From IMG/VR virus record IMGVR_UViG_3300013121_000030, positions 170,245 through 234,244 of that record: a DNA stretch of 64,000 bases; one strand, 5' to 3'. The position numbers and the translations under genes were made by a program. Positions 1 through 10,169 of this stretch are shown piece after piece. Under the pieces are notes generated by a model, which was not told the DNA's origin, made no database searches, and saw only the letters and a list, made by a program, of their open reading frames with translations. Each line of letters opens with the position of its first letter. Position 1 is the stretch's first letter. The DNA comes from an uncultured virus (IMG/VR IMGVR_UViG_3300013121_000030) (taxonomy: Duplodnaviria > Heunggongvirae > Uroviricota > Caudoviricetes).

Positions 1-33
1 CTCGGGAATATGTGATAGAGGGTCTCCCTAAAT

Positions 34-69
34 AGATAGGGAGAGGCCCCTGAAAGCCTCTCCCTATCT
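34..69. terminator. Strong hairpin downstream of the 85-627 gene
   Basis: AGATAGGGAGAGG(C)...(G)CCTCTCCCTATCT perfect inverted repeat. Confidence 0.5.
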
Positions 70-84
70 CCTCGCTGCGGATCG

Positions 85-627
85 TTATCGACGGGCAGCA
101 GTCTTCTTTTTCTCCGAAACTACAATCGGAACATCCACAATGGGCTGCTTCAGTTCCGAGGGGGAAGATGCCTCGACAGTTGGCCCCAACTCAGTCCTGG
201 ACCTGTCCAGAAGTTCGGTGAGATTGTCCGTGGGGATGCTCGTCCACACCTCCTTGAGGTCCGAGAGAGCTTCGAGTGCGATGGGGATGATCGTGGCAAG
301 GAGCTGGTTGCCCTCTGCTGTCATCACTGCCTTCTCTCCCCGAGCAGCAACAGTTTGGATTTTGCTGGCCGTTCCCTCGCCGAACTTGCTGTCCAGCAGG
401 TTGGCGAAAACGCCCGCAAGGGCGTGGACTACCGCGGGGGAAGCCAGGTTGAGGAGTGTTTGAGCAACTGGGTGCTCCACAAACTCCTCTGGGACACCTG
501 CCTTCTTGAGGGCCATGGAGAAGGTGGCCGTTGTAGCATGAGCAGCCTGGACCAGGGCGATGTCCTGTGCTGCCCCTGAGAGGGCCGATGCGGCCATGGA
601 AAGGGTCGATTGAGTTTCAGAAGTCAT
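85..627 (-). CDS. Hypothetical helical protein, weakly similar to the C-terminal domain of 891-3161
   Basis: 180 aa ORF; LKKAGVPE..PVAQTLLNLASPAVVHALA resembles LKRMGLPESPATQSILMVLTPIAAHAVG. Confidence 0.55.
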   Translation of the reverse strand: MTSETQSTLSMAASALSGAAQDIALVQAAHATTATFSMALKKAGVPEEFVEHPVAQTLLNLASPAVVHALAGVFANLLDSKFGEGTASKIQTVAARGEKAVMTAEGNQLLATIIPIALEALSDLKEVWTSIPTDNLTELLDRSRTELGPTVEASSPSELKQPIVDVPIVVSEKKKTAARR

Positions 628-890
628 CGTGCGCCTAATACCCAGATATGGGACTCATGGTTTTCATCCCATGAGAGATTCCAGAATGCAGGATCCGCAA
701 GCTCTTCTGGAGTCTCCACAAAGGACGAAGGAAACACCAAACGACAGGGAAGATTCCCACAGGTGCGTGAAATCTCCACACAGGGGCCCAAGGGAAGAAC
801 CCATCGATCTGAGCCCGCGAACAGAAGTCCTGAGGTAGGAGAGGTGAGCTTCTTCGCTGGGGCCACATCCCCTCTCACCACAATTGTCAA

Positions 891-3161
891 TCATACTGGG
901 TTTCGGGAGGGGTTGTGTGCGTGGTCCTTGATGTGCGCGACAAATGATGAGGGGGAAGGTCTCGGCTTTGTGAGAGCCTTGTGTGTAGAGATCTCCAGAG
1001 CTTCAGCCTCCTTCAAGAAGACCTCGGCGTGGTCCTGAACGTGGGGCCAGAGGGACTGAATGAAGTCCGTGCCCATTTGGGCGAGGACTGATTGAAGGGC
1101 CTCTCGACTCCATTGTTGGAGGCGGACGTTTTGGAGTCGGACACCCACGGCGTGAGCCGCGATGGGCGTGAGGACCATGAGGATGGATTGGGTCGCTGGG
1201 GACTCGGGGAGACCCATCCGTTTGAGGAGGTGGGCCGCTAGATGTGAAACGAGGGCAGCAGTTGCGCGTCCCCCGATGCCTATGAAAGCTTCTACAGTCT
1301 TCTCTTGCAACATCTTCGCGGTTTTTTGGGCCTCTTCTGTCTTCCCAGGTGGGGAAATGGTGTTATCTTCATGGCTAGGAGCGTCGTTGGAGACCTCCGC
1401 AACGTCTACGTTCTTATATATGTGGGCGTAGAACACCTTGGCATCGCCGCTGACTTGGGCATCGCCGTAGACTTGGGCATCGCCGTAGACTTGGGCATCG
1501 CCGTAGACTTGGGCAGTGCCATAAATTAGGGCTTTGCCATAAACTAAGGCTTTGCCTGACACCTTGGCATCGCCGCAAATTATGGCGTTGTCAAATATCT
1601 CGGTTTCTTCACTCACCATAGCTGAGTCGTAGACTTTGGCCTCGCCATAGACCTCGGCACGGCCAAAGACCTTGGCATTGTCGTAGACTTTGGCATTGCC
1701 GTAGACCTGGGCGTTGTCATAGACTTCGGCGTCGCCATAGACCTGGGCGTTGTCATAGACTTCGGCGTCGCCATAGACTTCGGCGTCGCCATAGACTTCG
1801 GCGTTGCCGCCAACCTTGGCGTAGACCTTGGCGTTGCCGCCGACCTTGGCATTGTCGCAGACATTGGCGTTGTTGAGGACAATGGCATTGCCGCAAACAA
1901 TAGCATTGTCGCAGACATTGGCGTTGTCGCAGACATTGGCGTTGTCGCAGACATTGGCATTGTCGTAGACTTTGGCATTGCCATAGACCTGGGCGTCGCC
2001 ATAGACCTGGGCGTCGCCGCAGACAATGGCGTTGCCGTAGACAATGGCGTTGCCGTAGACTGCGGCGTCGCCATAGATCTCAGTGTTGCCATGGACCTGG
2101 GCCAAGTTCGTGACCTCGGCCTTGTCATGGACCTTGGCGTTGCCGTGGACCTTGGCATTGCCGTAGACACGGGCTCCCCCAAAAACTACTGCCAGAGGTC
2201 CAACATAGGCTGTTTGGTCCACATGGGCTGTGGACTCCACCCAACCCCCGCCATTCGTATGGCGATGCCATTTTTTGGCGAGAATGGCGTCCACCTGAAG
2301 AAAGGTTTGATTGGACCAGAGAGCATCATAGACCGTTTTAGTCCAACAGTGGTTTGTGACCCACGCAACTTGGACTCCATCACGAGTGAGGACCCCCCAT
2401 TGGGGGTGAATATGGGCATTAGGGAACTCCTCCCTGAGTTCTTCCCGTGCCTCCTCCCCCCAAGCCTCGGGGAGGTGGATTAGGATGAGGGTTGGTGACT
2501 GAAATATCGAGTGGGTTCGCAGATTGTCCAAGTCGTCGAGGAGCTTTTGAGACCAGATGCTCTTTTTTGGTGGAGGCTGAGTTGGTGAGGCCCTCGTCCA
2601 TTCTTCCCCGTGGTGGAAAGAAATCTTGACCTCCTCGGCATCCGTGAAGAAGGACAACGACTCCACGGGCCCCTCTACGATCGTCCTGGACACCGAATCC
2701 CAGAAGGTAGAGTTGTTTTTTGCAGCAGAGATTTGCTGCGACACCTCACTTGATTTGATTGGCATGGAAGTGATCGTGCTGCGTTCCACATCTTTTATGT
2801 GGGTTTGGAGCAAGATCTCATCCAAGATCTTCTCAAATTTGATTGGTGTGTTGGTCTCAACTCTTACTTGGAACGATTGTGGATTCCGGGAAAAGATGTT
2901 GATCACAACCCAGACGGCAATCAAATCCCGAATCCTGTAGGATACCGACTCCATTCGAGTCGGAATCCTAATATCCAGGGAGCGTCGGAAGGATAGGTCG
3001 GAAAGGAGAGAAGTGACCTGTTGGAGTATCCTGTTGAAGGATACAGATGCCGTGACCCAGGTGGGGAGGTCCCACACAGTAGGGGTGGTCTTGTAAAAAT
3101 CGTAAATGGAGGGCATCGGGGTGGATACCCAGAACCCCACAACCTGGTCAGAAATCTTCAA
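891..3161 (-). CDS. Phage protein with a long hexapeptide-repeat (left-handed beta-helix) domain
   Basis: About 40 tandem VYGNAK/VYGDAQ/VCDNAN units after a HxNGGGWV motif. Confidence 0.8.
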   Translation of the reverse strand: MKISDQVVGFWVSTPMPSIYDFYKTTPTVWDLPTWVTASVSFNRILQQVTSLLSDLSFRRSLDIRIPTRMESVSYRIRDLIAVWVVINIFSRNPQSFQVRVETNTPIKFEKILDEILLQTHIKDVERSTITSMPIKSSEVSQQISAAKNNSTFWDSVSRTIVEGPVESLSFFTDAEEVKISFHHGEEWTRASPTQPPPKKSIWSQKLLDDLDNLRTHSIFQSPTLILIHLPEAWGEEAREELREEFPNAHIHPQWGVLTRDGVQVAWVTNHCWTKTVYDALWSNQTFLQVDAILAKKWHRHTNGGGWVESTAHVDQTAYVGPLAVVFGGARVYGNAKVHGNAKVHDKAEVTNLAQVHGNTEIYGDAAVYGNAIVYGNAIVCGDAQVYGDAQVYGNAKVYDNANVCDNANVCDNANVCDNAIVCGNAIVLNNANVCDNAKVGGNAKVYAKVGGNAEVYGDAEVYGDAEVYDNAQVYGDAEVYDNAQVYGNAKVYDNAKVFGRAEVYGEAKVYDSAMVSEETEIFDNAIICGDAKVSGKALVYGKALIYGTAQVYGDAQVYGDAQVYGDAQVSGDAKVFYAHIYKNVDVAEVSNDAPSHEDNTISPPGKTEEAQKTAKMLQEKTVEAFIGIGGRATAALVSHLAAHLLKRMGLPESPATQSILMVLTPIAAHAVGVRLQNVRLQQWSREALQSVLAQMGTDFIQSLWPHVQDHAEVFLKEAEALEISTHKALTKPRPSPSSFVAHIKDHAHNPSRNPV
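992..1213. repeat. 222-bp dispersed duplication, copy 1 (copy 2 at 57114-57335)
   Basis: Direct comparison gives roughly 90% identity; encodes LPESPATQSILM...EAEALE. Confidence 0.9.
1433..2170 (-). repeat. 18-bp tandem repeats encoding the hexapeptide units
   Basis: Iterated units such as GTAGACTTGGGCATCGCC and GCAGACATTGGCGTTGTC. Confidence 0.9.
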
Positions 3162-3543
3162 CCAGTTGGAGGATCAGGTCGGAAGCCATGTCTGAATCCA
3201 GCGGGGGGATTTTGTCGGATTTTGAACGGAACGCGGTCAGGCGAGCAAGAGGAGTGTATTTCACAGCGATGTGTGGTTTTGAGGAGATCTGTTCAGGACC
3301 AAACATCAAGCTCAGCTCAAGTTCGTCTGAAGAGACGACGAAGCTAAATCCCTTTTTCTGTACTTGCCAAGATTCGTCGGGGAACAATGCTCTCAGCTTG
3401 GCAATCAGATCCCGAACCACGGAGGACAAGTAGCTCTCCATCAGATCTGATAATTGGTTGTGAAAAGATCGAGATGAGGCGGTCCTAAGGTTCGGACGCA
3501 ATGGGACTCGGGGATGTGCCATGCACTTCTCCCGTAGAGTCAC
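3148..3543 (-). CDS. Hypothetical protein
   Basis: ORF packed between same-strand genes. Confidence 0.5.
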   Translation of the reverse strand: MTLREKCMAHPRVPLRPNLRTASSRSFHNQLSDLMESYLSSVVRDLIAKLRALFPDESWQVQKKGFSFVVSSDELELSLMFGPEQISSKPHIAVKYTPLARLTAFRSKSDKIPPLDSDMASDLILQLVEDF

Positions 3544-3555
3544 AGAATATTGGGG

Positions 3556-4491
3556 TCACTGGGGGCGCCAATCTGGGCGACAGCGAGTCCAAGTAGCCTC
3601 TCCCACAGGGAGGTTTTTGATGGCGCTCAGATTTGTGCTGAGGTAGAGCACCACATCCGCAAGATCACGGACACATGCTCCAACCATCGGTTGGAATCCC
3701 GTGGGGGAGTTGAGGATCACCACGTCCCAACACTGGGGAGCGGTTTCCAGGTGCCTCCGAAGGAGCTTCATGCAGGGAAGGCCGTGTCCTTCGGTGTACA
3801 GAGACTCAAGGGAAAGCCTCCCCAGAAGCTCGGGGATCTTCTTCATGTCTGCCAATTGCGTCGCAGGCAGAAGGTCTGGAGGTGGGGGGATATCATAACG
3901 AGGACGCCCCGCTGCATTCATATCGGCAGGGATGGGGCAGAATGGGGACTTCGGGGCAAAGGGATTGCGGGCCACAGCAACGCTATCCGGTCCCTTTTCT
4001 GTAAGATCCACCAGAAGGTCCAGGATTCCAGGCTGGGTCCACGGGACCTTGTAGTGGAAGGCCCACCTGTGGGAGAGCTTCGGTGTGTCAATGTCCATAT
4101 CAATGATCAGGGTCTTGATCCCGAACCGGGCCAGGTTGTGGCCCAAAGTCCCACAAGCCCCTGTACGATCGTCTCCGCCAAAGAAGTCGCGGTCCACCCC
4201 ACCAAAGAAGTCGTAAACTGTTGCGATAGTCATCTCCTTCTGCATGGAGAGGGTGCCCTTTCCTGTCCGCTTGAACTTCCCCTTGAGGGAGGTGATCTCC
4301 CGTGCCTTGAGGCAAGCATCCAGGGTCTCCTGGGCGGATCTGCGGTCCGCCGGGAAGAACTGATCAAAGAGTTCTTCTCGTGTAAGCCCCGGGGCGAGGC
4401 GTAGGACTTGGTGTCGGCGTAGTGATGGCATTATATGACCTTGAACCCTAGCCCGAGAAGATCCCCCGGACGAATGGGATTGGCTCCACAT
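3556..4491 (-). CDS. ParA/MinD-like protein with degenerate Walker A
   Basis: TVYDFFGGVDRDFFGGDDRT...NLARFGIKTLIIDMDIDTP...WDVVILNSPTG matches the ParA/MinD layout but lacks the P-loop lysines. Confidence 0.6.
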   Translation of the reverse strand: MWSQSHSSGGSSRARVQGHIMPSLRRHQVLRLAPGLTREELFDQFFPADRRSAQETLDACLKAREITSLKGKFKRTGKGTLSMQKEMTIATVYDFFGGVDRDFFGGDDRTGACGTLGHNLARFGIKTLIIDMDIDTPKLSHRWAFHYKVPWTQPGILDLLVDLTEKGPDSVAVARNPFAPKSPFCPIPADMNAAGRPRYDIPPPPDLLPATQLADMKKIPELLGRLSLESLYTEGHGLPCMKLLRRHLETAPQCWDVVILNSPTGFQPMVGACVRDLADVVLYLSTNLSAIKNLPVGEATWTRCRPDWRPQ

Positions 4492-5240
4492 TGGAGGTTG
4501 AACACTTCTCGAAGCTGTGGGGGATCTCCTATGAGTTCTGCTCCCCCGTTACGGGAATCCGACACTAGGAGCCGCCACACCTCCGCATGTGGGTCCCTTT
4601 GAAGGGAGAGGCAGAGGTATCCTCCAGGAAAGGGATGGTGCAGACCTTCAATGTGCCTCTCTGAGGGGATCATTTCCTCCTCGACGGTGGAGAGGAAAAT
4701 GATAATGGCGGTCTTTCGCGGGCTCTTGCCCGCCCCAGAGAGGCGGGGTTTCCTCAAGTCGCCCCAGGCCCGCTGCACTTGGGGCAGCGGTCGTTGCTCC
4801 ACTGGATTTGGAGGAATCCAAGGTTGAAAAGACAATGGGGGCCGTCGTACCAGAAGTGGTCCTGACCGAAACCTTCCCACTGCCTGGACCACCACAACGC
4901 CCAGCATGTGGTGTGGGAAGTCCACCAGGAGACCTTTTCTGGGTCCCGACTCTGAAAGAAGATTCCCGCAGAGGAGCCATCAACTTTCAGGACGTACCTC
5001 CCGAGGCGCTTGTTGTGAGGTTGGAATTTGGGTTTGGTTGCGAACAGGATCATGTGCCCTTTTTGAGGTGCTGTGAGACCATCATGAAAATAAGGATGTC
5101 TCCCCACGACACGAGAAAGAAAAAGGCCCCCTTCAAGACCAGAGAAAATACTGATTTCTCATGGGGAAAGAGGAAGATGGCGATCAGGATCATCTGAGCA
5201 AGACAGACTGCCGCCGTGAGCCCCAAAATGAGATATCTCT

Positions 5241-5566
5241 TCATCCAACACCTCCGTAGGTCGTGCGCTCCAGACGCCTCTTAAGGAACTCACCGATCTC
5301 AACAGTCAGTGCTTTCTTCTCGTGAGAGGGTGGGCCAAAGACGTCCCCGAAATTGGTATCCGCAAGGTACTTCAGGGTGCGTTCCATTCGTGAGGCGGCC
5401 TCCTCGAACGAGGTGCCGGCCACAGGAGGCAGAACCTCGGCCCACACACCCATGGATGGGAACCGGGAACTCATGACGATGGGGGACCCGAGAACAGCCA
5501 CCCCCCCCCCCCTGGAAGGACCGTGATGGGTGACATTGCGAAGGCTTGGTGTCGAAGCTGAGTCAT
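5241..5566 (-). pseudogene. Small gene split by an out-of-frame poly-G(12) tract
   Basis: ATG 5566 lies 6 nt after the promoter -10; MTQLR...TVLP-G12 joins the VAVLGSPIVMSSRF frame only with G10 or G13. Confidence 0.45.
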
Positions 5567-5572
5567 GGGTCG

Positions 5573-5601
5573 TGAGTAGCACGTGACGTGCTGTGTTACA
5601 C
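5573..5601 (-). promoter_or_regulatory. Phage promoter motif GTGTAA-N17-TACTCA
   Basis: One of 17 copies of GTGTAAC-N11-CGTGCTACACT. Confidence 0.7.
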
Positions 5602-5619
5602 GGGGGTTGAGGTTCTGGG

Positions 5620-5692
5620 CGCTCCCGGCAGGACTCGAACCTGCATACGAGGGATTAGAAATCCCTTGCCTTATCCAGTCGGCCACGAGAGC
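5620..5692 (-). tRNA. tRNA-Arg(TCT)
   Basis: Cloverleaf GCTCTCG...AGGGA-TTTCTAA-TCCCT...GTTCGAGTC. Confidence 0.9.
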
Positions 5693-5883
5693 GTGGTTTC
5701 TTCAGCGGATCTCTCCCGAGATGATATCAGGGGCCCTTTCGATCCCAGGCTCCCGGGGAGCAGGGATCGTTGGAAGGTGTGGATGGAGATACTCCGCCGT
5801 TGCCAGCCGATTTTCCATCACGGCAATGACCCACTGTCTCGTGGTGTCGTCCGTGGGGTTGGTGTCGTCGGACATGATGTCCA

Positions 5884-5912
5884 TGTGTAGCACGTCCGTC
5901 GCGGACTTACAC
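5884..5912 (-). promoter_or_regulatory. Phage promoter motif
   Basis: GTGTAAG-N11-CGTGCTACACA. Confidence 0.7.
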
Positions 5913-6162
5913 TCGGAACTTGGAAGAATCCCAGAAGAGGCGGAGGCTGAAACGGAGTTTTCTCACCTCGGAAGCTGCGCGAGTGGCGACAACCCGACTG
6001 GGATAGGGGCCATAGGATGTCCCCATGGACCAAGTGGGGTCTGTAGACCTCTCATGTTCGAGCGATTTTGAGGGGTCCACACTAACTCCAATTTTTGTGC
6101 GGCGGCCTGCACAGAGGACATAGACCCACCACTGGAGGGGTTGATGTGGGTACGAAGTACGT

Positions 6163-6855
6163 ATGGCAGTCACGCACATCACTTTTACCGGAGTGGATGG
6201 AACCGTTTCAGGGTCTGACCTTTTTCAGTGGGCCAAACGGTTGCCTTGCTCACCATTTCAGGTGGAGCTGGGGTTTCTCTTCTCCTTGACCCGAGAGGGG
6301 TCAAGTCGATATCCGCAGATTGACCGCATTCCGTTCTTCTTGGAGATTGGCATTGACATTGGAGTTCGTACTGCGGTGCATGTGTGTGGGGAGGCTGCAC
6401 GGTTGTTGGCTTTCGAGGGAATCCTCCACCCAAGACTCTCTCCTCTCGTAGACTTGTGTGATCGAGTCCAAATTAACGTGGACTGGGAAGGGAGGGATCT
6501 GGAGAAGGGATTGGAGGTGATGAAGGGGCACCCCACAATAGGGTGGATTCTCCAGAGCCGTGATGCGGAGAAATTTCCAACTCCGCCAATTCCCAATTTG
6601 TTCTACCTCTTTGATGCTTCTGGGGGTAGGGGCAAGGAACCCGTGGCATGGCCTCCATGCCCAAACGATCAGTGGGTCGGGTACGCAGGGGGGTTGGGCC
6701 CTGGGCGGGTTGGGCCTCTCTTGAAGGAATTGGAGCAGAAGTCTCCTGAGGGGAAGTTTTGGGTGGATATGGAGAGTTCCCTTTTTGAGGATGGTAAGTT
6801 TGAGTTAAGTCGATGCACGGAGGTGCTCCATGAGGCCAACAAATTGATTTTTTGA
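6163..6855 (+). CDS. TrpF-like (phosphoribosylanthranilate isomerase-like) TIM-barrel protein
   Basis: ITFTGVD, LFDASGGRG, GYAGGLGP and WVDMESSL motifs. Confidence 0.65.
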   Translation: MAVTHITFTGVDGTVSGSDLFQWAKRLPCSPFQVELGFLFSLTREGSSRYPQIDRIPFFLEIGIDIGVRTAVHVCGEAARLLAFEGILHPRLSPLVDLCDRVQINVDWEGRDLEKGLEVMKGHPTIGWILQSRDAEKFPTPPIPNLFYLFDASGGRGKEPVAWPPCPNDQWVGYAGGLGPGRVGPLLKELEQKSPEGKFWVDMESSLFEDGKFELSRCTEVLHEANKLIF

Positions 6856-7641
6856 TTGATACTTTGTGGGAGGGGAAAGGAGAACCCACCTTTGGTACCT
6901 TCCCCACACGATCTCAAGCAACAAATTGCTCGCAAAAAGGCAGCTCAAGCTGTCCTTGAGTCTCGCCGACGCAAGGCTGCCGCTCACCGAAAAACTCAAA
7001 AATCCCTCGGGAAAGTCGCACTGCAAGACAAGCTTGCGGATGCGGTGGAGTACAATCGAGGTCGCGGTCGGCCAAAGGTCAGTGATCCCCTAACTTTTTG
7101 GATCCCGTGGTTCAACGAGAAAGTACGTCCGGTCTACCAGAAGTTGTGGAAGTACATCCTCAAGTACCGCGAAGTAGCCAGCCCCTTGGGGATCGTTCGC
7201 GGGTGGTCAGGTCAACGCGGAAACCCTGCACTCATGGTGAAGACGTGGGTTTCCCCAGAGGACCTGACTCAGGTTCCAGATATACTTGTGAACTTGGACA
7301 TGGACGTGGTGGGATTGATTGAGACATACGCCACCAATCCTCGCGCAGTGTGGGTCAATCCTTTGGTGGATCCGTCTGGAGCAGCCAAGATTGCTGCTCA
7401 CGTGAAGGCCATCATGGTTTTGGCGGACCAATTCTCCAATGTGGTGGTTTCTGGAATTGAGCCACAGCAGTTTTGGAAGAACTGGAAGAGCGCCAAAAGT
7501 CTGGCCCGTATGTTCTACAACCAGTCAATGGCTTTTGCACAATACGACACTGCGGGAGAAGTAGACAAGTTGGCTCAAAAGCTCCTCTCCCAACGGGGGG
7601 ATTTGCGGTATCGGCCCCAAAGGGTCGTTCCCTCAATCTAA
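6856..7641 (+). CDS. Hypothetical protein
   Basis: 261 aa ORF; start uncertain. Confidence 0.55.
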   Translation: MILCGRGKENPPLVPSPHDLKQQIARKKAAQAVLESRRRKAAAHRKTQKSLGKVALQDKLADAVEYNRGRGRPKVSDPLTFWIPWFNEKVRPVYQKLWKYILKYREVASPLGIVRGWSGQRGNPALMVKTWVSPEDLTQVPDILVNLDMDVVGLIETYATNPRAVWVNPLVDPSGAAKIAAHVKAIMVLADQFSNVVVSGIEPQQFWKNWKSAKSLARMFYNQSMAFAQYDTAGEVDKLAQKLLSQRGDLRYRPQRVVPSI

Positions 7642-7650
7642 GAGGACACG

Positions 7651-8862
7651 GTGGTTCTAGTACCACCCACTCGATATGGAGGTCTGGGGGCCGGTCCTGG
7701 TTGGGTCCGGCGATACGAAGCCCAGACCTCCATTCCTTTGTCTGGGTCCAAGTCGATCCTCATCGATCCCGTTCTTGGATCCCCCTTCGTTTTTCGTATC
7801 GTCCCTCCTGAAGTGCTTGTGGAAGCAATCTCGGGTGGAGCTGCAGCACGTGCAGGAAATATCTTCGATCGCCTCCTGGCAGATCAGCGACAAGCTGTCC
7901 TGGATGGGATTCCAGCAGGCACCGCATTGACAGACCAGGAGCAGACCCTCCTGGGAACGAGAGTCCCAAACTCTCCCCAGGGAGTGGTGATTGCGTCTGC
8001 GCTGCGTGCAACGAATAATTTCGAGAGGACCAAACAACGCCAAAACAAGGCGAGGCAGCTTGTCCCCCGGCGTGGGGATGACAGTGATGTCCCCTTGACG
8101 GATCCGTTGGTGGGTGGAGATGGGAAGAGATTCTCCCCTCAGCGAGACCGATCCTCCACAGCCAATCAGCTCGCGGTCGCGGACACCAAGCAATCCCGGG
8201 GCATCATGGGACAGCTCATTGCGTTGGCGTCGACCCCACCCCTGACGTTGCTCATCAATCCTCAAAGTCTCACTGTCACCTACACGAAGAAGCAGTCCTA
8301 TCAGGATCGGACGAGGACGAACTACCTCTTCCAGAGTTGGGGTGAGGATCAGCCCAAACTCTCTGTGCAGGGGAGGATAGGAGCCTTTGTCGCAGGTTCC
8401 GTGGCGGCCTCTGTGGATGCCTCAGGGCAGAGAGTCCTGAGCACAGAGGCAGCTTCGGGGGTCCAATTTGCCACGAAGAGGGATTCAGGGGCGTTCCAGA
8501 ACCTCATGAACCTGATGACGGTGTACCGCAACAATGCCTACATCTATGACCTTGTGGGGAGGTCCGAGGCCCACTGGTGGATTGGGAGCATTCAGATCGA
8601 ATACGACCAATACATCTACCAGGGTCAATTTGATTCGTTCACGTACTCTTACAGCGACGATCGGCAGGGCGGCGGTCTGGAATTTGGGTTCGAGTTCACC
8701 GTGTCTGCCATGTACGACACATGCCAGGATGTGAGTGTCGTTCCAGTGGGGAGCAACCAGCAAGCCTCTCCCCTCCCAGTGGGGGAAGCTCCTGCGGTCT
8801 ACTCTGGAGAAGCCGAAGGCGGGGAAGGAGGACTTCTCCTCAACCCCGCCTTCCGTCGATGA
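7651..8862 (+). CDS. Probable baseplate/tail-tube-initiator-like structural protein
   Basis: LLINPQSLTVTY...QSWGEDQPKLSVQG...YQGQFDSFTYS...FEFTV pattern typical of tube-fold phage proteins. Confidence 0.5.
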   Translation: MVLVPPTRYGGLGAGPGWVRRYEAQTSIPLSGSKSILIDPVLGSPFVFRIVPPEVLVEAISGGAAARAGNIFDRLLADQRQAVLDGIPAGTALTDQEQTLLGTRVPNSPQGVVIASALRATNNFERTKQRQNKARQLVPRRGDDSDVPLTDPLVGGDGKRFSPQRDRSSTANQLAVADTKQSRGIMGQLIALASTPPLTLLINPQSLTVTYTKKQSYQDRTRTNYLFQSWGEDQPKLSVQGRIGAFVAGSVAASVDASGQRVLSTEAASGVQFATKRDSGAFQNLMNLMTVYRNNAYIYDLVGRSEAHWWIGSIQIEYDQYIYQGQFDSFTYSYSDDRQGGGLEFGFEFTVSAMYDTCQDVSVVPVGSNQQASPLPVGEAPAVYSGEAEGGEGGLLLNPAFRR

Positions 8863-8863
8863 C

Positions 8864-9241
8864 TCAGAGTCCGAGCGCCGCAATCTCCTCCGGGGTGAGC
8901 TTGGAGAGCGCCCTCGCCCGGCACTCCATCTTCTTGTGGGCCTTGAAATCTTCTCCGTAACGAAAGTCGGGGAGGCAGGAGCTCGGGTTGACAGCGATGG
9001 CGCGGTCCCCAAAGGTGAGGACGAGAAAAGTCTGCTCCTCAACAACTCCAGGGCGACCCATGACTCCAAGGCCAGTCGCCGCGATATCCGCAACAGCCCT
9101 GGTTACGCTGGTGTATCGAGGGATGAGGCTTCCTCGTCCCTCAGTCTTGTCGCTGTCCTCAAACACCACAAACCTGGTTGCGAGTGTCACCGTAGGGTCG
9201 TGGTCGGAAGTGATGAGTTCTTTAAGAGTCAGAATGTCCAT
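8864..9241 (-). CDS. Hypothetical protein
   Basis: Promoter motif at 9261-9289 and GAGGA RBS upstream. Confidence 0.65.
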   Translation of the reverse strand: MDILTLKELITSDHDPTVTLATRFVVFEDSDKTEGRGSLIPRYTSVTRAVADIAATGLGVMGRPGVVEEQTFLVLTFGDRAIAVNPSSCLPDFRYGEDFKAHKKMECRARALSKLTPEEIAALGL

Positions 9242-9260
9242 GGTCGGTTTCCTCGCCTGA

Positions 9261-9289
9261 AGTGTAGCACGCCAACTCCCGGGTTACAC
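9261..9289 (-). promoter_or_regulatory. Phage promoter motif
   Basis: GTGTAAC-N11-CGTGCTACACT (consensus). Confidence 0.75.
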
Positions 9290-9296
9290 GGCGGTC

Positions 9297-10169
9297 GTGA
9301 AGAAAATCTCCCCACGGGGACGGATACACTCCTGGGGTACACAAGGCGTGTACCACAAGGCTACGATATCCAGGGGGATTCCGGGAACTCTCGGGAAGGT
9401 GCGGGAGGAACTGGAGGAGGCAGAAGATGCGGTGGAGCAGGGTTCACACATTCTTCTCGCGGTGGAGTTGTCGGACATCTTCTTGGCGTTGCGCCAAGTC
9501 GCGCGTGGCTACGGATGGACTCAAGAAGATCTGTCTTCAATGGCGGACATCACGGAACGAGTCTTCGAGTCGGGGCATCGTGGTGGTTTACCGCTTTCGG
9601 CGCACCACCAGCTCCCGAATCCAGGGCGATGTCGAGAGATCGTGGCGCTTTTGAGCGCCATGGATTTTGGGGCGAAGAGGTGGAAGACCTTCGGCACGGG
9701 ATACGCGGTGGCGAGGTTTGGCGAGCATCACAAGCTCCACATCTGGCACCCTGAGTTCGCAGATTCGCACACAGACTTTGGGGGGATTCACAGCCATGCC
9801 TACCACTTGGAGAGCACTGTGCTCCATGGGGCCATGAGGACTCGAATTTGGGGGAAGGATCCTTCGGGCCCTCCAGAACATTGGAAGTTGTGCTGTGGAA
9901 GTGGGGAAGAGTTCGTGGGTGCCGTGGTGAGGGCAGAGTTCGAGGTGGGGGAGGGGTATACCTATGCTCAGACGCAGGGATCATTTCATGATGTGGTGGG
10001 GCCGATTCAGGCAGTGACCTGGGTGTGCAAGAACAGCAAGGATGGTGAGGCATGGTTCATCCACAAGGGTCGGCCAAATCCGTATCTCAATCCGCGGGAC
10101 CTCACACGCCAACAGGAAGCTGTGGCGAGGGAAATGTGGGGGAAGGCCCTCGTTCGTTGGTCGACTTGA
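9297..10169 (+). CDS. MazG/HisE-like all-alpha NTP pyrophosphatase fused to a cupin-like domain
   Basis: KVREELEEAEDA...VELSDI (ExxE...ExxD), then IHSHAYHLESTVLHG...FH. Confidence 0.6.
   Translation: MKKISPRGRIHSWGTQGVYHKATISRGIPGTLGKVREELEEAEDAVEQGSHILLAVELSDIFLALRQVARGYGWTQEDLSSMADITERVFESGHRGGLPLSAHHQLPNPGRCREIVALLSAMDFGAKRWKTFGTGYAVARFGEHHKLHIWHPEFADSHTDFGGIHSHAYHLESTVLHGAMRTRIWGKDPSGPPEHWKLCCGSGEEFVGAVVRAEFEVGEGYTYAQTQGSFHDVVGPIQAVTWVCKNSKDGEAWFIHKGRPNPYLNPRDLTRQQEAVAREMWGKALVRWST

Noticed and set aside
891-3161. LpxA/LpxD-type acyltransferase
   Set aside because: Only the generic hexapeptide repeat matches; the flanking domains are unrelated
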